NCBI GenBank assembly: GCA_000182565.2
Contig: KQ257453.1
From: Spizellomyces punctatus DAOM BR117
Taxonomy: Eukaryota
Length of the DNA stretch: 64,000 nucleotides
Reading direction: 5' to 3' (one strand)
Part shown: positions 9,941-24,182 of the stretch, in pieces
Layout: each line of letters begins with the position of its first letter
Numbering within the stretch: position 1 is the stretch's first letter
Notes under the pieces: model-generated
The model's database searches: none
Seen by the model: the letters and a program-made list of their open reading frames with translations, nothing else
What the model was told of the DNA's origin: nothing
Made by a program: the position numbers and the translations under genes

Positions 9941-10572
9941 CATCCCAGGCAAGCCGTATCGAGGGTCTTCATTTTCACTACATAAAGGACGTATTTTCAA
10001 ACCCCTGCAAGATGTAACTTGGGAACTTCGAGGCCATATACGTCGCCTTTGAGTGCTGGGCATATTGAGCCACAGCAGGCGAATGATAATGGAGGGAATG
10101 ATTGGGTGTGCTTTTACAGATAGCCAGGAATGGGGATAAATAAAGGTGAAAAGTACCATTGCTCTTGGTAATTGCCATACAGTTAATAGCTATAATGGAA
10201 CAGCATAATGTCCAGTGGCCTATAAGATGCACGAATCCTGATGAGATAATGTCATCTTATAATTCAATAGAAAATGTCCTAGTCCCGTCATCTGTTGCTT
10301 GATGTGTTGTCACATGACCATGACCATGACCCTGCTGTGATGTTGCAGCGCAAATCTCACTTTCTGTTGCTCTATCTGCTTGATTTGCCTCATCAGGATT
10401 AGCGCATCCTTTTTACTACAATATACTGGATGTCATTCCAAATTACTCTGTCTCCTTATGGATATTAACTGTATAGCAATAACCAAGGCCAGTGGTCTTT
10501 TTTTGCCGCCAAGAATTATATCTTGCAGTAGTTTGAAAATACAGAGTGAAAATAAAGACCTTTACCGGGATG
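9941..10572. repeat. Long imperfect inverted repeat (foldback/MITE-like relic)
   Basis: 9965-10020 is the reverse complement (with indels) of 10513-10560, and 10155-10248 of 10385-10497. The ORF track shows mirrored peptides INCMAITKS/INCIAITKA and SENED/SENKD on opposite strands. Confidence 0.8.
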
Positions 10573-10683
10573 TATATATACATCATATAGTATATAGCGA
10601 AGGGCTCTTCCGTACTGTAGCAACGCTACAGAGGAAGCAAAGAAAGCCCGGTCGTGCAAAGCTAACCATTGTACATATGCGCG

Positions 10684-12435
10684 CTACGCTTTGGCATCGT
10701 CCACATCAACACCAACCTGGCCAACATCCCACAACTCTTCCACATCCCCTTCTAAGTCCTCCTCTGATCCATCTATCCCATTTGGTCTTTCCACCAATGT
10801 ATACTCCATGTCATCGTCGCCCTCAGCCTCAGCTTCCGGTTTCTCCAATAAACCACCAAACAGCTTTCGATCCACCAAAAATAATAACACGGCGAAGAAC
10901 ACTCCGCCCAATGCACAGAAAACAAAGAACATTTCGGTGAAGAGAAAGGTTGGGTCTAGCGTTGTGAGTCGGGCGACAAGGATCGGAAAGACCGTTAGGG
11001 ATATGTTGAGGAAGGAGGTTGTGAGACCGCTACGGCATGGGGTGAGTTTCGTGAAACAGTAATCCTTGGCGCACATTGTACGGTGAGTACTTACAAAGCA
11101 GTGGCGCTTCCCTCTTCACCGATAACGATAGCCACGCAAGGCCAAAACGTCAATAGCATTGCGTAAGATACTCCCAAGACCACCAATGCAGGAATCGGCG
11201 AAGACGAACTGCCACCCTTCACCAGGCCCAAATAACCGTGGATACTTGCAATCAGGATCCCACACAGAATGATAGTTTTCACTCGATGTCCGCGTGTATC
11301 CGAAAAGTGGCCAATGAACGGGACCAGGATAGCGGAGAGAGTATCCGGAATAGATGTAAGTTGGGCAGCTATTACAGTAGAGCTTCAGTTTTTACTCTTT
11401 CTCTTTCATAATGCAAGATTGGCATACCTTTCTCTGGATCATCCTTGTACCACTTATTCTGCAAAAATTCGGCGTGGATCGTATTGAACGGTATAACCGT
11501 CGCATACAACAGGCACAATATCAAACAAAGCATCCAAAACGTCAAGGGATAAGATTTTACTATCTGCAGTGACAGTCGTTCCGTCCTGGCGACCGGGGAT
11601 GCCTTGCTGTCATGTATCCGATCGAGTCGGATGAGCAGTATGCCGCATGTGAGCGAGAATAAGCATGTCACCAGTCCAAACCAGACTGCAAATGGCGTAG
11701 AGATTGTGTATGCAAGGTGGGGTGTAAGGAGATCGTTGAAAACGGTTCCTAGGCGGGCAACGCTGAGGTTCATGCCTATTATGTATCTAACGGTTAGGGA
11801 CGCCCAGACGCTGAGATGTTGGATGCATCGCTTGCCCCACCTAGCGCCAATGCCAAGTCTTTACCACGGAACCATTTGGTCGTAATGCGTGTTTGCTGTA
11901 CACACAATAAAACCACACCCGTCAAAGGTCAATAATCTGCCCATCTTGCACACACCACAAAACACCACGCATCCTCACCATATCAACCTCGACTCACCGC
12001 AACACTCAGACTCTCAGCCCCGACTCCAAATAGTAATCGACCCACCCAGACCACCCAAACCCATTTCACTTGGACGCCAAGCGCAACAAGCGCCTGCCCA
12101 AGACAAACCAGAATACCCAACCACCAGACCATTTTCGCGGTTCCGTACACATCTACCAAGTAGCCGCCCCAGAAAGGCAGCACAGTATTTGGAAGGGAGT
12201 AGAGGGAATAAAATAAGTTTAGGTTATATTGGTGTTGAGAGGGCGTGAATGAAAAGTGCTGTGCGAAAGCAGTTGAGAGGGAGGCAGGAATGTCATAAGC
12301 GTAGTAATTCTGTCATGAACTTCGCATGAGTATCCGGAAGTGCATACGTCAAATTGCGGAACAATTGACATTTACCCCAAACAGAAGCGTAGAACTTAGA
12401 CCGAGTACGAGCCATCGTGTGGATGGCAAGTTCAT
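10684..12435 (-). CDS. MFS transporter, MFSD1-like, multi-exon
   Basis: Exons give MNLPSTRWLVLGLSSTLLFG, NYYAYDIPASL, LFYSLYSLPNTVLPFWGGYLVD, GRLLFGVGAESL, NLSVARLGTVFND, YATVIPFNTIHAEFLQNKWY and FWPCVAIV. Confidence 0.85.
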
Positions 12436-12824
12436 GGCGGTCGTCAAATGGACTTTACAAGCTTCTCTGCAATGGGCATTTTGTGAGTGCAAGGCGTCGC
12501 GGCACAAGGTCGACCCCCTTTGAGCCCTGTGCTGCGCACGCGTTATGTCATTTGGTCAAAAAACCAAACTTTCGTTGAGGATGTTTTTTGACGATTTGGA
12601 AATAACAGGGGTGGGGATGTGAAAGCCAGCAATGGGCAGTTCAATCCAAGCGTGCTCTGCAGACATCAACTTCGCAAGGAGGTCGACGTTGAAAGTGTTT
12701 ACCGCTCAGCAGGCATGGTGTAATCGTCATATAAATTGATAGATCAACAGTTGCCCTCAATCTCTCCTCGCCCTAGTGGTTTTTCATACTGTCAAGCTAC
12801 CAAGACTCCACAAGCATCAGCACC

Positions 12825-15800
12825 ATGCATCCCACCTTGATCTTGCTCGTAATCTTCATTTTAACTATCCCTCACATTACATCCCATTCTCTTCCCATCC
12901 ACCAAAGCGACGACCAGGTTCTCAAACTTTCAGAACTATCATGGACTGTCTACAACGTGAACAAAAGTATCATCATACCTGCTGTTGTGCCAGGACAAAT
13001 TCACATGGATTTGCTGCGAGCGGGTGTGATTGAGGAGCCCTATGTTGGGAGCAACGGTAGGTACTACTGGGCCGATGGATGTATGTAGATCTCTAATATC
13101 TTACGATCATCAAATCAGAGTTATATCAACGTTGGATAGCGTACGAGCCAACCTGGACATATACTGCGGCGCTTCATAACCTAGCGGCATGGAATCAATA
13201 CAAAAAGGTAGTCTCGATAAGTTATTTAAAAAATATGGGGCAGACTTTGAAGTAACAGGCCCTGAGTAGTACTATCTCAGATTCGATGGGCTCGACACAC
13301 CTTGCAATATCACCATCGGCAACCACCATATTGGCACCGCCGCAAACCAGTTTAGACAATGGGTTTTTGATGTATGTTTTTTCTTCTTCAAGCGCAAATG
13401 TACAGTTCTCCAAGAATTAATGTCCTCATTAGGTGACAGACGTGCTTCACAAAACCCTCAACAGAGACGATGCCATCAACATCACAATCGCCTTTCGGTC
13501 TCCAGTCAAGTACGCACGAGAGGTCAGAGACCGTTCCGAGGTGTTCCCCTCAGTGGCAAGGACGCAATATGTTTTTCCGAATCGAGAGTATATTCGGAAA
13601 ATTCAAAGTGATTTCGGATGGGGTGAGAATCTGGTTCTGTTTGCGGTATAGTTGTAGTTGACACTGAAATTTCCATTTTGAAGATTGGGGCCCGGCATTT
13701 TCACCAGTTGGTATCTGGAAACCAGCCTACCTCATCGGCCTCGGTTCATCTTGTGAAACGATCGGCTGCAATTATCACGGGAGCGAATTTGTGCACGAAC
13801 TGAACACGTTCATTGATATCTATCGGAAAGGACAGGTGGGTTAGTTCTCCAGGACATCAAAGACCATGCATTCAGATTGACTGACAAGGAGCAGATTCCC
13901 AATCTCCCACCCGACCAATCAGCACCATGGATCGTCAATGTGTCAATCTCCCTCGTTTCTTCGGATGTCTTTCAAAACCCTTCCATGGTCCTTTCGTTCC
14001 CTGAACTCGGAATCACGTCCGAAAACTTACGAGTGAACCGCATCAATGTCGGAAAGAACTACGTGGATGCCCATATAATCGTTGAGAATGATATTCCGCA
14101 GCTTTGGTGGCCTTGGACTTTGGGTTTGTTGTCTCTGTTTGCTTTTCGACACTGTGTACATGCATTCTGACATAACATGTAGGCAAACCGTGTCTGTATA
14201 ACCTGACAATAAAGCTCCTGCCTTCGCCTACGTCTAGACCCTTGATCTACTCCAAACGCACAGCATTTCGTACCATCGTGCTCAACCTGCTTCCGTATCC
14301 AAGCCCTCAAACCCTTCCTAATGGTGGACCCTACACCCCAGGCGACCAATTTCATTTTGAAATTAATGGAAAAACCATATATACCAAAGGGTCAAACTGG
14401 GTTCCTGCGGACTCATTTCAGAGCCGTATTAGTAGTGAGAAGAGATGGAGGCTCCTGACCAATGCTGTTCAGTCGAATATGAACGTGAGTTTGGCGCAAG
14501 AGTTTTCGATGTAAGTGCGAGTTTAACCGCTGTTTATTCGCATAGATGATTCGGGTCTGGGGAGGTGGACTGTACGAAGCCGATGAGCTGTATGATTTTG
14601 CGGATGAGCTGGGTTTATTAATGTGGAGTGAACTGCAGTTTTCAGTGTCGCTTTATGTGGGTATATTTTAATATGCGTCTGAAGTCCTGGTGCTCACTTG
14701 CCTTCCTGGATCGTACAGCCCACTGACAAAGCATTTGTGGAGAATGTCATTCCCGAAGTGGAGGTATGACTTTTATTTACATTCACCCGCGGACACGTTA
14801 ACTGATGAACGTCGTGTTCATCTAGTACAACGTTCGCCGTCTAAATCGGCATCCTTCCCTTGCTCTCTGGGCAGCAAACAATGGTATGACATTGTCTAAC
14901 CGTATCACACGAACTTTTCTGAGATCGCCGTCCACAGAAATTGAATGGTTTGTCGAAAGGGTGAACCAAACATTCCCAAACAATGGAACACATTACCTTG
15001 ACGAATATAACTATCTTTTTGTCGATACCCTTCAACACGTGGTCAAATCCATCACTCGTAGCATCACTTATCTTCATTCCTCAACGTCACAAGGATACCT
15101 ATCGGGCCCGGACCCCTGGATTGCAAGATATTTGAATAAAACACAAGGGGAGTTGTATGGGAGTAGTGAAAATTGGAATTTCAGAGTTGAGGTTGCGGAA
15201 GATGTGGGGAGGTATCCAACGAGTAGATTTGTGAACGAGTTTGGGTTTCATTCTATGCCTTCTATTCATTCGGTGGGTCTAGAGAGGTTTTCTTCTGCCT
15301 TTCGCTTGATGTTTACGCGTTCTCACTTTCCCTGTTGATCTTATAGTGGGATGAGGTATTGGAATCACCAGATGATTTTCAGTTTAACAGCACGGTGATT
15401 GTAGCACGTAATCGCAAACCGCCAGCGGGAAGCACTGGTAAATTCACTTCCCGTCTCTCCTATCCATGCAAAATGTGCTCAACTCGTCCCGTCACGTCCA
15501 GAATGGCCCAACCCCAATTCTCCACAGGGCATGGGCGAGATGACCCGGGCCGTAATATCACACTACCCAATTCCCAACCGAAGCAATCCCCGCGAAAACT
15601 TCACCATGTGGTGCCACGCCACTCAGCTTTTCCAGGCTCAATTCATGCAGTGGCAGATTCAGTATTACCGACTTGGTGCGGGTCGACCAGAAAATAACCT
15701 TGGATCCATCGTGTGGCAGTTCAATGATATTTGGCAGGCACCGAGTTGGAGTGGTATTGAGTATAATCTTAGATGGTGGGTAAACATTCCACAACTCAAA

Positions 15801-16654
15801 CATGTCACTTTGAATTCAACTTTTCTTGACTTGATTATAGGAAAGTAGTCCAATATCATATCGCCCGAGTATACCAACCTGTCATCATTTCCCCAATATA
15901 CAAGTAAAGTACAGCTTTTGATCATCTCTGTCACAACTGAACAAGAACACTCACTTCCCATTAGCATTACGTCCAAATCACTCTCCATATACGTCACTTC
16001 CGATCGTCACTGTTCCGTCACTGGGACGGCAAAGAGAACCTGGTACACATGGACAGGCGAGAAGATATCTTCCGTATCAACCGACTTCACTGCACTTGCG
16101 TTGAATAACTCATTGGTGTGGCACACAACGGGGACAGGCGATATGGTGCCACAAGGATATCATGTCAGGGATGTGTGGTTGTTACTTGAAGTAACGGCTC
16201 AGGATAGCGAGGGGAAGGAATATAAGGTATCAAAGGCTTTTGTTTATTTTTGAGGTTTCTCACTAAATTCTGATGATGGCAAATAGCATGAAAATTACTT
16301 TACACCTGTAGGCCTGACATCCGCCAACCTCCAGAACCCACAGCTAACGCTTACACCAAGCACAACAAACAGCAATACCATCATCATTAAGTCAAAGGGC
16401 GGTGTGGCCGTTTATGCATGGCGTAAGTTTTACATTTTCCTTTATCCTTCCCGGAAAATCTGGGCATTAGCTGAACTTGTACCCATCCAGTGGATCATCC
16501 GTCATGCCTTAAAGGCCACTTTAGTGACAATAGCTTTTTTGTCATTCCGGGCTTCCCGCGCGAGATTTCTTTTGAGGCAGGGGCGAATAATTGCGAGGGG
16601 GACTGGAGGGATAACGTCAAGGTATATAGTGTGTGGAATTACAATCATGAATAA
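12825..16654 (+). CDS. Secreted GH2 beta-mannosidase, multi-exon
   Basis: Signal peptide MHPTLILLVIFIL. Motifs VPGQIHMDLL, FDGLDT, YIRKIQSDFGW/DWGP, FEINGKTIYTKGSNWVPADSF, MIRVWGGGLYE, HPSLALWAANNE, RFVNEFGF and GSIVWQFNDIWQAPSWSGIEY. Confidence 0.92.
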
Positions 16655-17060
16655 GGTAGTGCATGTTGCGTAAGTAGATATAAGAGGACCTGAGGATGGT
16701 TAGTCTCGTTTTTTCATGTTCGTTGACTTGACGATGTAGTCGCGTTATTACATGATCCTTATCGTAACGATCATCTGGTACCTTCTGGAGAGTAAAATCA
16801 TGGCATTTATGGTGGGCATCCGAAATCTCTTTTGGAAGTTTACCTATGTCCCACGTACACAATATTGATTTCAATTCACGGACTGGATACATAAAATGTC
16901 TCCCAGTGAAGCATGATGACCAGTCTGCCGGGTAACCGGCACTCATACAAAAATTGAAACTCTTTCACAATCCAATACCAGCAAACTATCATTCTGATCA
17001 AACCAACTATAACTACTAACTACTGTACAATGGAGAAAAAAAGACATCTAGGGGGACCCA

Positions 17061-19091
17061 TCACTCTTTTACGCTGTTGACTTGAGTTTTTTCACCGGCA
17101 TCCTTTCCGCTGCCAGCAAAATCAAACTCTTCGTCCTTGTGTTTTGCCACATACCCAGCTGATTTGCGCATGGGGACACCAGAGTCAAACATTTGGTCAA
17201 CGTCTTCAAGGGATAGACCCTTAGTTTCGGGAACTGCAAAGTAGACCTGATATACACACAAAGCTTTTAAAACTACGTATATCAAGTGAGAAACACGATG
17301 AAACACTTACAAAGATACCACCGGCAAGAATAAAGGCTGCCCAAAGGAAGGCAATCTTTGGGCCAAGGTTTGCTTGGTCGCGGTCGACAAGGTATGGAGT
17401 AACGAATCCAAGGACCCAGTTCCAGAACCAGTTGGACGCGGTAGCAATGGCCATACCCTTTGATCGGTATCGAAGAGGAAAGATCTCGGCAGGAACCACC
17501 CAGGCACCAGGACCCCAAGAAGATGCGAAACCGTAAATGAAGACACAGGTGAAGACAATGGTGCAAATGCCCGCAGCGGTGTTGGATGATAGGACGTTGC
17601 CCTTGTCGTCGAGGGTGGCAGGGAAAGCGGTTCCAACACTACCCACGATAAGTTGTCCGATAAGCATGATCATTGTGCCACTAAGCAAAAGCTTTCTGCG
17701 GCCGATGCGCTCCATCAAGTACAGTGCCGGGAGGGTAGAAAGGACGTTAACGACACCAGTGATGGTTGAGGTTGTGTATGCATTGGAGATGCCCGCTTGC
17801 TTGAAGAAGGTTGTACCATAGTAGCTGTAAAGTTGAAGCAATCAGAATTTGATGACGACAATGTGCTGAAAAATGACGAGTTACATACAAGATAAAGTTC
17901 ACACCGGTGAGTTGTTGGAACATTTGAATCCAGATGCCAATGTGAGTTCGACGGCTGACGGGGCTCTTGAAACAGTCGAGATAACTTGCTTCCCCAATTT
18001 GACCTTCGAGTTCAATGGCACGCTGACAGACAGAATGAACGAGTTAAATAGGGTCATCACACATGCAAAAAACACTCGTACACATAAACCACATACCTGA
18101 AGGTCGTTGATTTCTTCAGTCACTGAAGGATCACTGGAATGCTTGCCTCGTAGACGGCATAGAGCTTTGATGGCTTGATCGCGACGGTTGAGACGCAAAA
18201 GATTACGAGGGGATTCGGGCAAGACAAACATGCCCGCCATGAGGATGCCAGCGAAGACGAGCTGAATTCCAATTGGAATTCTGTATGAGGCACGACCAGG
18301 ATGGTCCTTGAGACCTTGATTAACACCCTGAGCGACAACGATTCCGACTGAGTAGGAGAGAAAAGTATTAATTCATTCGTATCCTTTTCATCACGAAATG
18401 CATACTGGCATACGTACTTGTAATGGCAAGCTGGTATGATGACACCAATGCACCACTATGTACAATGATGATGACTGTTAAATTTTAAAGTTGAAAGAAA
18501 TGGGGAGTATGCGACTCGACAACTTACCGAAGATGTTTCGGTGCGGCTTCCGCTTGGTACAATGGAACCAAGTCAGACAAAAGGCCAACACCAAGACCAG
18601 CGCCAATACGTCCGGGTAGCATCAAACCAAGACTATGAGATGCCGTTTGCAAAACGCAACCGACGCTGTCAAAAGCAAATACATGTGAACGGACAGTTAC
18701 TTTTAAACAAAAACCAAAAAGCAAAATACATACCAAAAGATCATGCAGGAAATGATGATGGCCCAACGACGTCCAGCGGCATCCGCAAGGTGTCCAGCAC
18801 TCAAGGATCCAATAAACGTTCCTACAGAGAGAATTGAAACAAGCAAACTCTTTGTGGATGACAGGAGGTCGCGTCCTTCGCCTGGACCAAAGTCATCCTT
18901 GAAGACTGCCATCTCCATGATACCGGAGATGAGTCCAGTGTCATATCCAAAGAGAAAGCTTCATTTGAAAAATGTAAAGAATATCATTAGTTTTTGCGAT
19001 GAAACTTGGATGGATTTTATGATTCTTGACAGCACACATACCCTCCAAAGGAGACAAACAAACAAATGATAATTGTGCTAACGTTGGTCAT
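17061..19091 (-). CDS. Sugar porter family hexose transporter, multi-exon
   Basis: Motifs FGYDTGLISGI, ADAAGRRWAI, GRIGAGLGVG, PLYQAEAAPKHLR, LPESPR, YYGTTFF, ERIGRRKLLL, SWGPGAWVVPAEIFPLRYRSKG and PETKGLSLE. Confidence 0.93.
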
Positions 19092-20824
19092 GATGGAAAG
19101 CAAGACTTCTGCCCGTCTCCAGCAAATCAAAAAAACAAGAGACACGGAGCTGGATAGAAGATGGCGGTGATCAGCGTGGGGGCTGAAAGGGCGGCAGTTG
19201 AGCTTTAAATACAATTTCTATTTTTTTTTTTTGTTCCCTTCGTTGGTTTGGCTGAGAATTACAATAATTCAAAAAGAGTTCTGGGCACCGTGGAGTGTCC
19301 AACTTTTTATTTTTTCGTGGGTATCAGTAGGTGATTTAATCGATGGGCCTTGTTTGCTCGTGTGATCAACTCAAAAGGAGGATTTCGGTGGTCGGACGGA
19401 GCCTCTCAATGGGTTGTTTGGTTTCTTACCTTTTGGTCAATCTGCAGGAAAAACGGTTCCTTTTTTTTGTCGTTGTTTCCAACTTTTCAACTCCTGATTT
19501 GGGATGGTTGTAGTTGCAAAGTCAGCTGCACTGCGGCCGACAATAATGACGACTTTTATTTTTTTTATGATTTCCAAATGTTGAAAGCAGCAGTAGCCCA
19601 ACCGTGAAAAAAACAGTACCCTTTGAGGAGTGCCGTTTTGTTTTGAAAATAGGGTTTCCGCGGATATTGCGATTGACGTAGCGCTGTGTCGCCGTATCTC
19701 CCTTTAACAGTGTCTCTTACGCAGGGTAAAGCAAACTACAACGAATCGACGGTCGAAAGCGGTTGGTTGTGTCTTTTGTTCTTAACGCCAAATGGCACAA
19801 AACCCACTCATCCTTACAAAGCGATTTCATTTGTAACCCCAATGTTGGAAATCAAATTCCGTTGGAACACCCGCAAGACAAAGGGTGGTACGAGGGGCTG
19901 ACAGAACACTCTGTACCCACCGCCGTGTCGGTCGTTGGATGTTGCATTGTTATCCATTCTTACTTTTTCCTTACGCTAATTACTCAAGAGTCTTTACACA
20001 ACCTGCGAGCTATTCCTTTGCACAATGTAACGTTTGTTACTTTTTTGCAATAACCAAATCAGCAAAGGCCCCATTAGATCTTTTCCAATAATTCTCTCAA
20101 GAATTTGTGAAATTTTCAAAGTCAGCGGCAACGTCTGCGCGCTACCGCCCTTTTGCCAAATCAGGTATATGACGTTATACAGTACCCCACGATTAAATCA
20201 GCTCCGTTTCGTTAAAAAGCTACAATAGTCACACGACCGGAGCACAAGCACGTTACCTGCACGCCGCCACGTTTTAGTGTTCGACCCCTGATGGCTTGTA
20301 GACGTAATTGTTGGCCGCGGAGATTGCGATGGAAGGAAAATGGGAAGAAGAACACTCGCTTGTTCAAAAGGAAGGCCTTATCGATATTTGACTTGGGGAT
20401 CTGGCACAAAGTAAAAGGACACAATGAAAGTCAGCAGTTTTTTATCTAGCTGGTCGTGGAATCTCTAAAATCAAATGTTTCACAGGATCTTCCTTGATTT
20501 CTGCATTTAGCGATTGTAATTCCTGCTGAGATTTTGTGTAAAGGAAGGCTAGAAGGTTTATCTCGCATCAATCATCATGGATCCGAGAGACATGATTTGC
20601 AGGTAAGTGATTGATGGGCTTTTACAATTACCTAGATCCCTCCGAATGTCTAAAGGATCAACATGATTATCGGACACCAAAGATAACACTTGAAATGTTT
20701 TTATTATGCTCCTCGACATTTGCTGTCACTAAACTTGACGCGTACACACACGTATAAATAAACCACCTCTCATCTACAGCGATAAATAACCAAACGTCAA
20801 GTCTAAGGAATCGACAACATTTTT

Positions 20825-22066
20825 CTACACTACCCTATTCATCTTTTTGTAAGCAAATCCGAGTCCAACGGGCCATTCGGGATGGTATACGATAGGACAG
20901 TCCATGTGGTTTTCAAAACCTTGTTCATCCAAGACGCCGAGCGTCACGTTTCGACATCCAATGATTTTGATCCACTCAATGTTTTGGCATGCCTCTGCTA
21001 AAGCTCGAATACCCGAATTGGTGATGCTCAGGCCGTAGTGGATAAGGAATACTTTGAGATTGGGGCAACCTTCTCCGAGGAGCGCCAGACCAGAGTCACT
21101 GGCATTCTGGTACTGCGAAACGCAGAGGTATTTCAGGTTAGCAGCGCATGGAGACTTTGTGATTGCGATTAAACTGTCGTCGTGAAGCATGTGGCAGGAC
21201 GACAGGGACAGAGCTTCCAGGTTGTGGCATCCCGCAAGAAGCGACAACAGTCCATGCTGGTTGATCGGACTGTTGGTCATAAAGTGCAATTCTGAACCCG
21301 ACGAATGTGTCACTGTTATTGACCCGCATTACACAGTGATACAAACCTGAACTACATACCTCGCAGGTTCACGCACGAAGTTCCAATGAAAGCCAAAAGC
21401 GATCCGACAGACTCTGAACTCAGTGTCGTCGCCCGGTAATCCTCCATCGTGATATCAAGCCTGCGAAGCTACAAATACAACCATTATTTCACAAAGTAGC
21501 TCTCCAAGATGTCTCCAATCCAAATGGCATACCTTAATAAAGGCACCGCCAAGGCTCAGCTGCTTCATTGCGCTCACAAGCACATCACCATTGATTCTTC
21601 GTAGAGCAAGTTCGCTCAAATTCCGGCATGTAGAAAGGTAGGCCAAACTGTCCGAATGCAGCCCACTGTATCTAAAAGTCTTTATAGAGGCACTACACTC
21701 TTGAAGAAGTTTATGCGTAAACGTCCGCAACACTGATGAATCGTCATCTTTTGTCACGCGGCGGTTTCCGTGCGGATCAAAGATGTGCCACATGGTGGGA
21801 GTCCAGAAAAGTCCCTCAAAAAATCTAGAGATGAGGCGGACTATTGGACAACCACAAAATGAGTAATGTAATGCATAAGGCAAGATCGCAGGCTCCCAAG
21901 CCGCATATTCCCACTTACTCTTGGCCCTATTCTGCACATCGAGATATTTGAGCGACTCGAGGAGGATCTCAGGAGGCAAATCCAGGATGCCCGGATCTCG
22001 AATGGTGGTTCGCCGAAGCTGTTCCTCCAGCATGTCAAGGTCCAAACTGTTCTCATGAGGTGACAT
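20825..22066 (-). CDS. F-box / leucine-rich-repeat (AMN1/FBXL-like) protein
   Basis: N-terminal F-box ILDLPPEILLESLKYLD. C-terminal Cys-containing LRRs GCHNLEALSLSSC, GCPNLKVFLI..ITNSGIRALAEACQNIEWI. Confidence 0.8.
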
Positions 22067-23529
22067 TTCGTAGACGCTCTTCTCTTAATAGGATATAAAT
22101 AACTGCACGGAATATCTATGCTCTACTTTACAAGTCTTGCGCTCACACGCCTAACCACATTCCCACATGCCAAGTACTTCGAGAAGGTGGAGAAGGGGGC
22201 GGGGGTGGAGGTGGTGTCTGCTTACCGCAGCTGCTTTAGTGGCTTAGTACAATAATTTGGATAAGTTATCAAATGGCTCACGTAAGCACATCGTCACGCG
22301 AAGCAACCCCTGACGATCCTTTCTTTTGCGCACAAGTAGCCAATTCCCGTCGTTTGCTTCGGACGATTTTCAACGATGCCCACCATCGCTCCAGCACACC
22401 ATATCATCCACTCCCCATCCACCCCTTCTTTTGGGGCCCGTCGACTCTTGAATGCATTCAAGTTTAACCGTCATCGACGACAACCAGAGTCTTTGCACGC
22501 CGCATCCCTACGCAAAACCCAGCGCATACTCGTCTTGGACACCGTACGCCGTCGATCACTCCCAAAAACACCATCCACACTCCCATACATTAGCACACAG
22601 CAGGATCCGATTACATTCTTGACGTCCACGCCACTCACACTTGACCCTATTGCGAAAGAAACCAAATCAGAAAACAATGGTATTCCGCTCGTATTTCATA
22701 TTTCGACTGTAGTTTTTTTGGCTGGGTGGGGACTTGCTTGTCTTCGTGATGGATGGGGGAAGCGGAAGGTTCAGCGTGGGTTTTGATGGGTTGCAGCCCA
22801 GACGATCTCCTATGATTATGTATTTACATTGTAGCTTAGCGGAACTTGACGCGACTGACGTGATCAGACGAATCCCATGTCAACACTTGGATGAGCAGGT
22901 GGTAGTTTATGCCTTGTTCTTTTTGTTTTTAACAAAGGTTATCTCGGAGCAAACGGATGTCATCTGCTTTAAACCTGCTTCAGTACTTACATATGCAGAA
23001 TTCGAAGCGACACAGGAAACCGCTGTGTTATATACTACAGGAGGAACCCTTAGCTCTTAAAACTTGGCCATGTCACGATGATAAAGTACCCACCTGTTGA
23101 AAAACATCGGGAAGGCCAAGGGAAAAATAATCCGAGAGACAAGGACAATGGCATGCTAAACGGTGGTATGAGACCGACGATTTGAACGATGGAGCACGCA
23201 TCATTGCAAACGCTCCCCACCGGTAAAATGTCGACCATCACTTCATCGTCTCTCCGGTTCGCTTTGTAACACTATGTAGCAGACATTCGCCTGAATGGTG
23301 GAGCAGGAAATTTGAAATAGCAGTGTCATAAGTCTATCTATGTCACCCAGCGTCATGTCATTACGAAACATCTGGATCATATGAACCACCCATAGATCAT
23401 TCGCCCGTGCTTTCTGGAAAGCATGAACCATTTGTATATTTTGCAATGGACCCAAGTAGTCATCCCGTTTCTCCACCGTTTCTTACGGGGGGAACGTGGT
23501 TGTCCAAGCTAGACGCGCAACCCACAACA

Positions 23530-24060
23530 TTTTTACAGTGGCCATAAACCCATGGCCAAGGCAGGGACAAAGATGATTGGAGTGATCCTCCGTCCCCAGG
23601 GGCCTGGGTAATGGCACCCGGCTGGATCGCGGACTTGGTTGTACACTGGTATGCGTTCATGCACGTGATCAAAAAGCGATTGCCAATGTCGCTTATGATG
23701 AAGGGGACAACTGGTTGAGGCATCCAGTTCGTATGAAACCAGGAGTCTCATCACCAGTTTTGTGCTTAACGATCGCTCTCACGATCTGGAGATTGGAGAT
23801 TTTGGGACGCAACTATGGACATTTTGGTTTTGGATCGACGGTCGATCGAGAATATCAGCCGCCTCCTTGTATGCGAGCAGGCGTCTATGCCCGTCATCAA
23901 AGCGCAATAGGTTGCTTATCATCAAGGGGACAACGGGTTGGGGTATCCAGTTGTATGTAGCAATGTGTTTCATCACCTTGTTGTGCTTAACGATTCCTCT
24001 AATAGAGGTATTGTGAGACAGGATATCTGTGAGTCGTCCATGTTGTATTCGTGGTTTCAT
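23530..24060 (-). pseudogene. Two tandem degenerate copies of a short ParB/sulfiredoxin-like domain
   Basis: Copy 1 reads RGIVKHNKVMKHIATYNWIPQPVVPLMISNLLRFDDGHRRLLAYK. Copy 2, about 225 bp downstream, reads RAIVKHK../LVMRLL../NWMPQPVVPFIISD../FDHVHERIPVY across frameshifts. Confidence 0.45.
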
Positions 24061-24110
24061 CTCTAGACAAACATCAACATAGGAGTCAAAGGTCTTTGGG
24101 TGTTCCAAAT

Positions 24111-24182
24111 GGGGGTTTAGATCAGTGGTAGATCGTCCGCTTTGCATGCGGAAGGCCGCGGGATCAAGCCCCGCAACCTCCA
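24111..24182 (+). tRNA. tRNA-Ala(TGC)
   Basis: 72-nt cloverleaf: acceptor GGGGGTT/AACCTCC-A with G3:U70, D arm GATC/GATC, anticodon arm TCCGC-TTTGCAT-GCGGA, T arm GCGGG-ATCAAGC-CCCGC. Confidence 0.93.

Noticed and set aside
22273-23476. Scattered short ORFs between the F-box gene and the ParB-like relic
   Set aside because: No coherent exon chain or motif could be supported.
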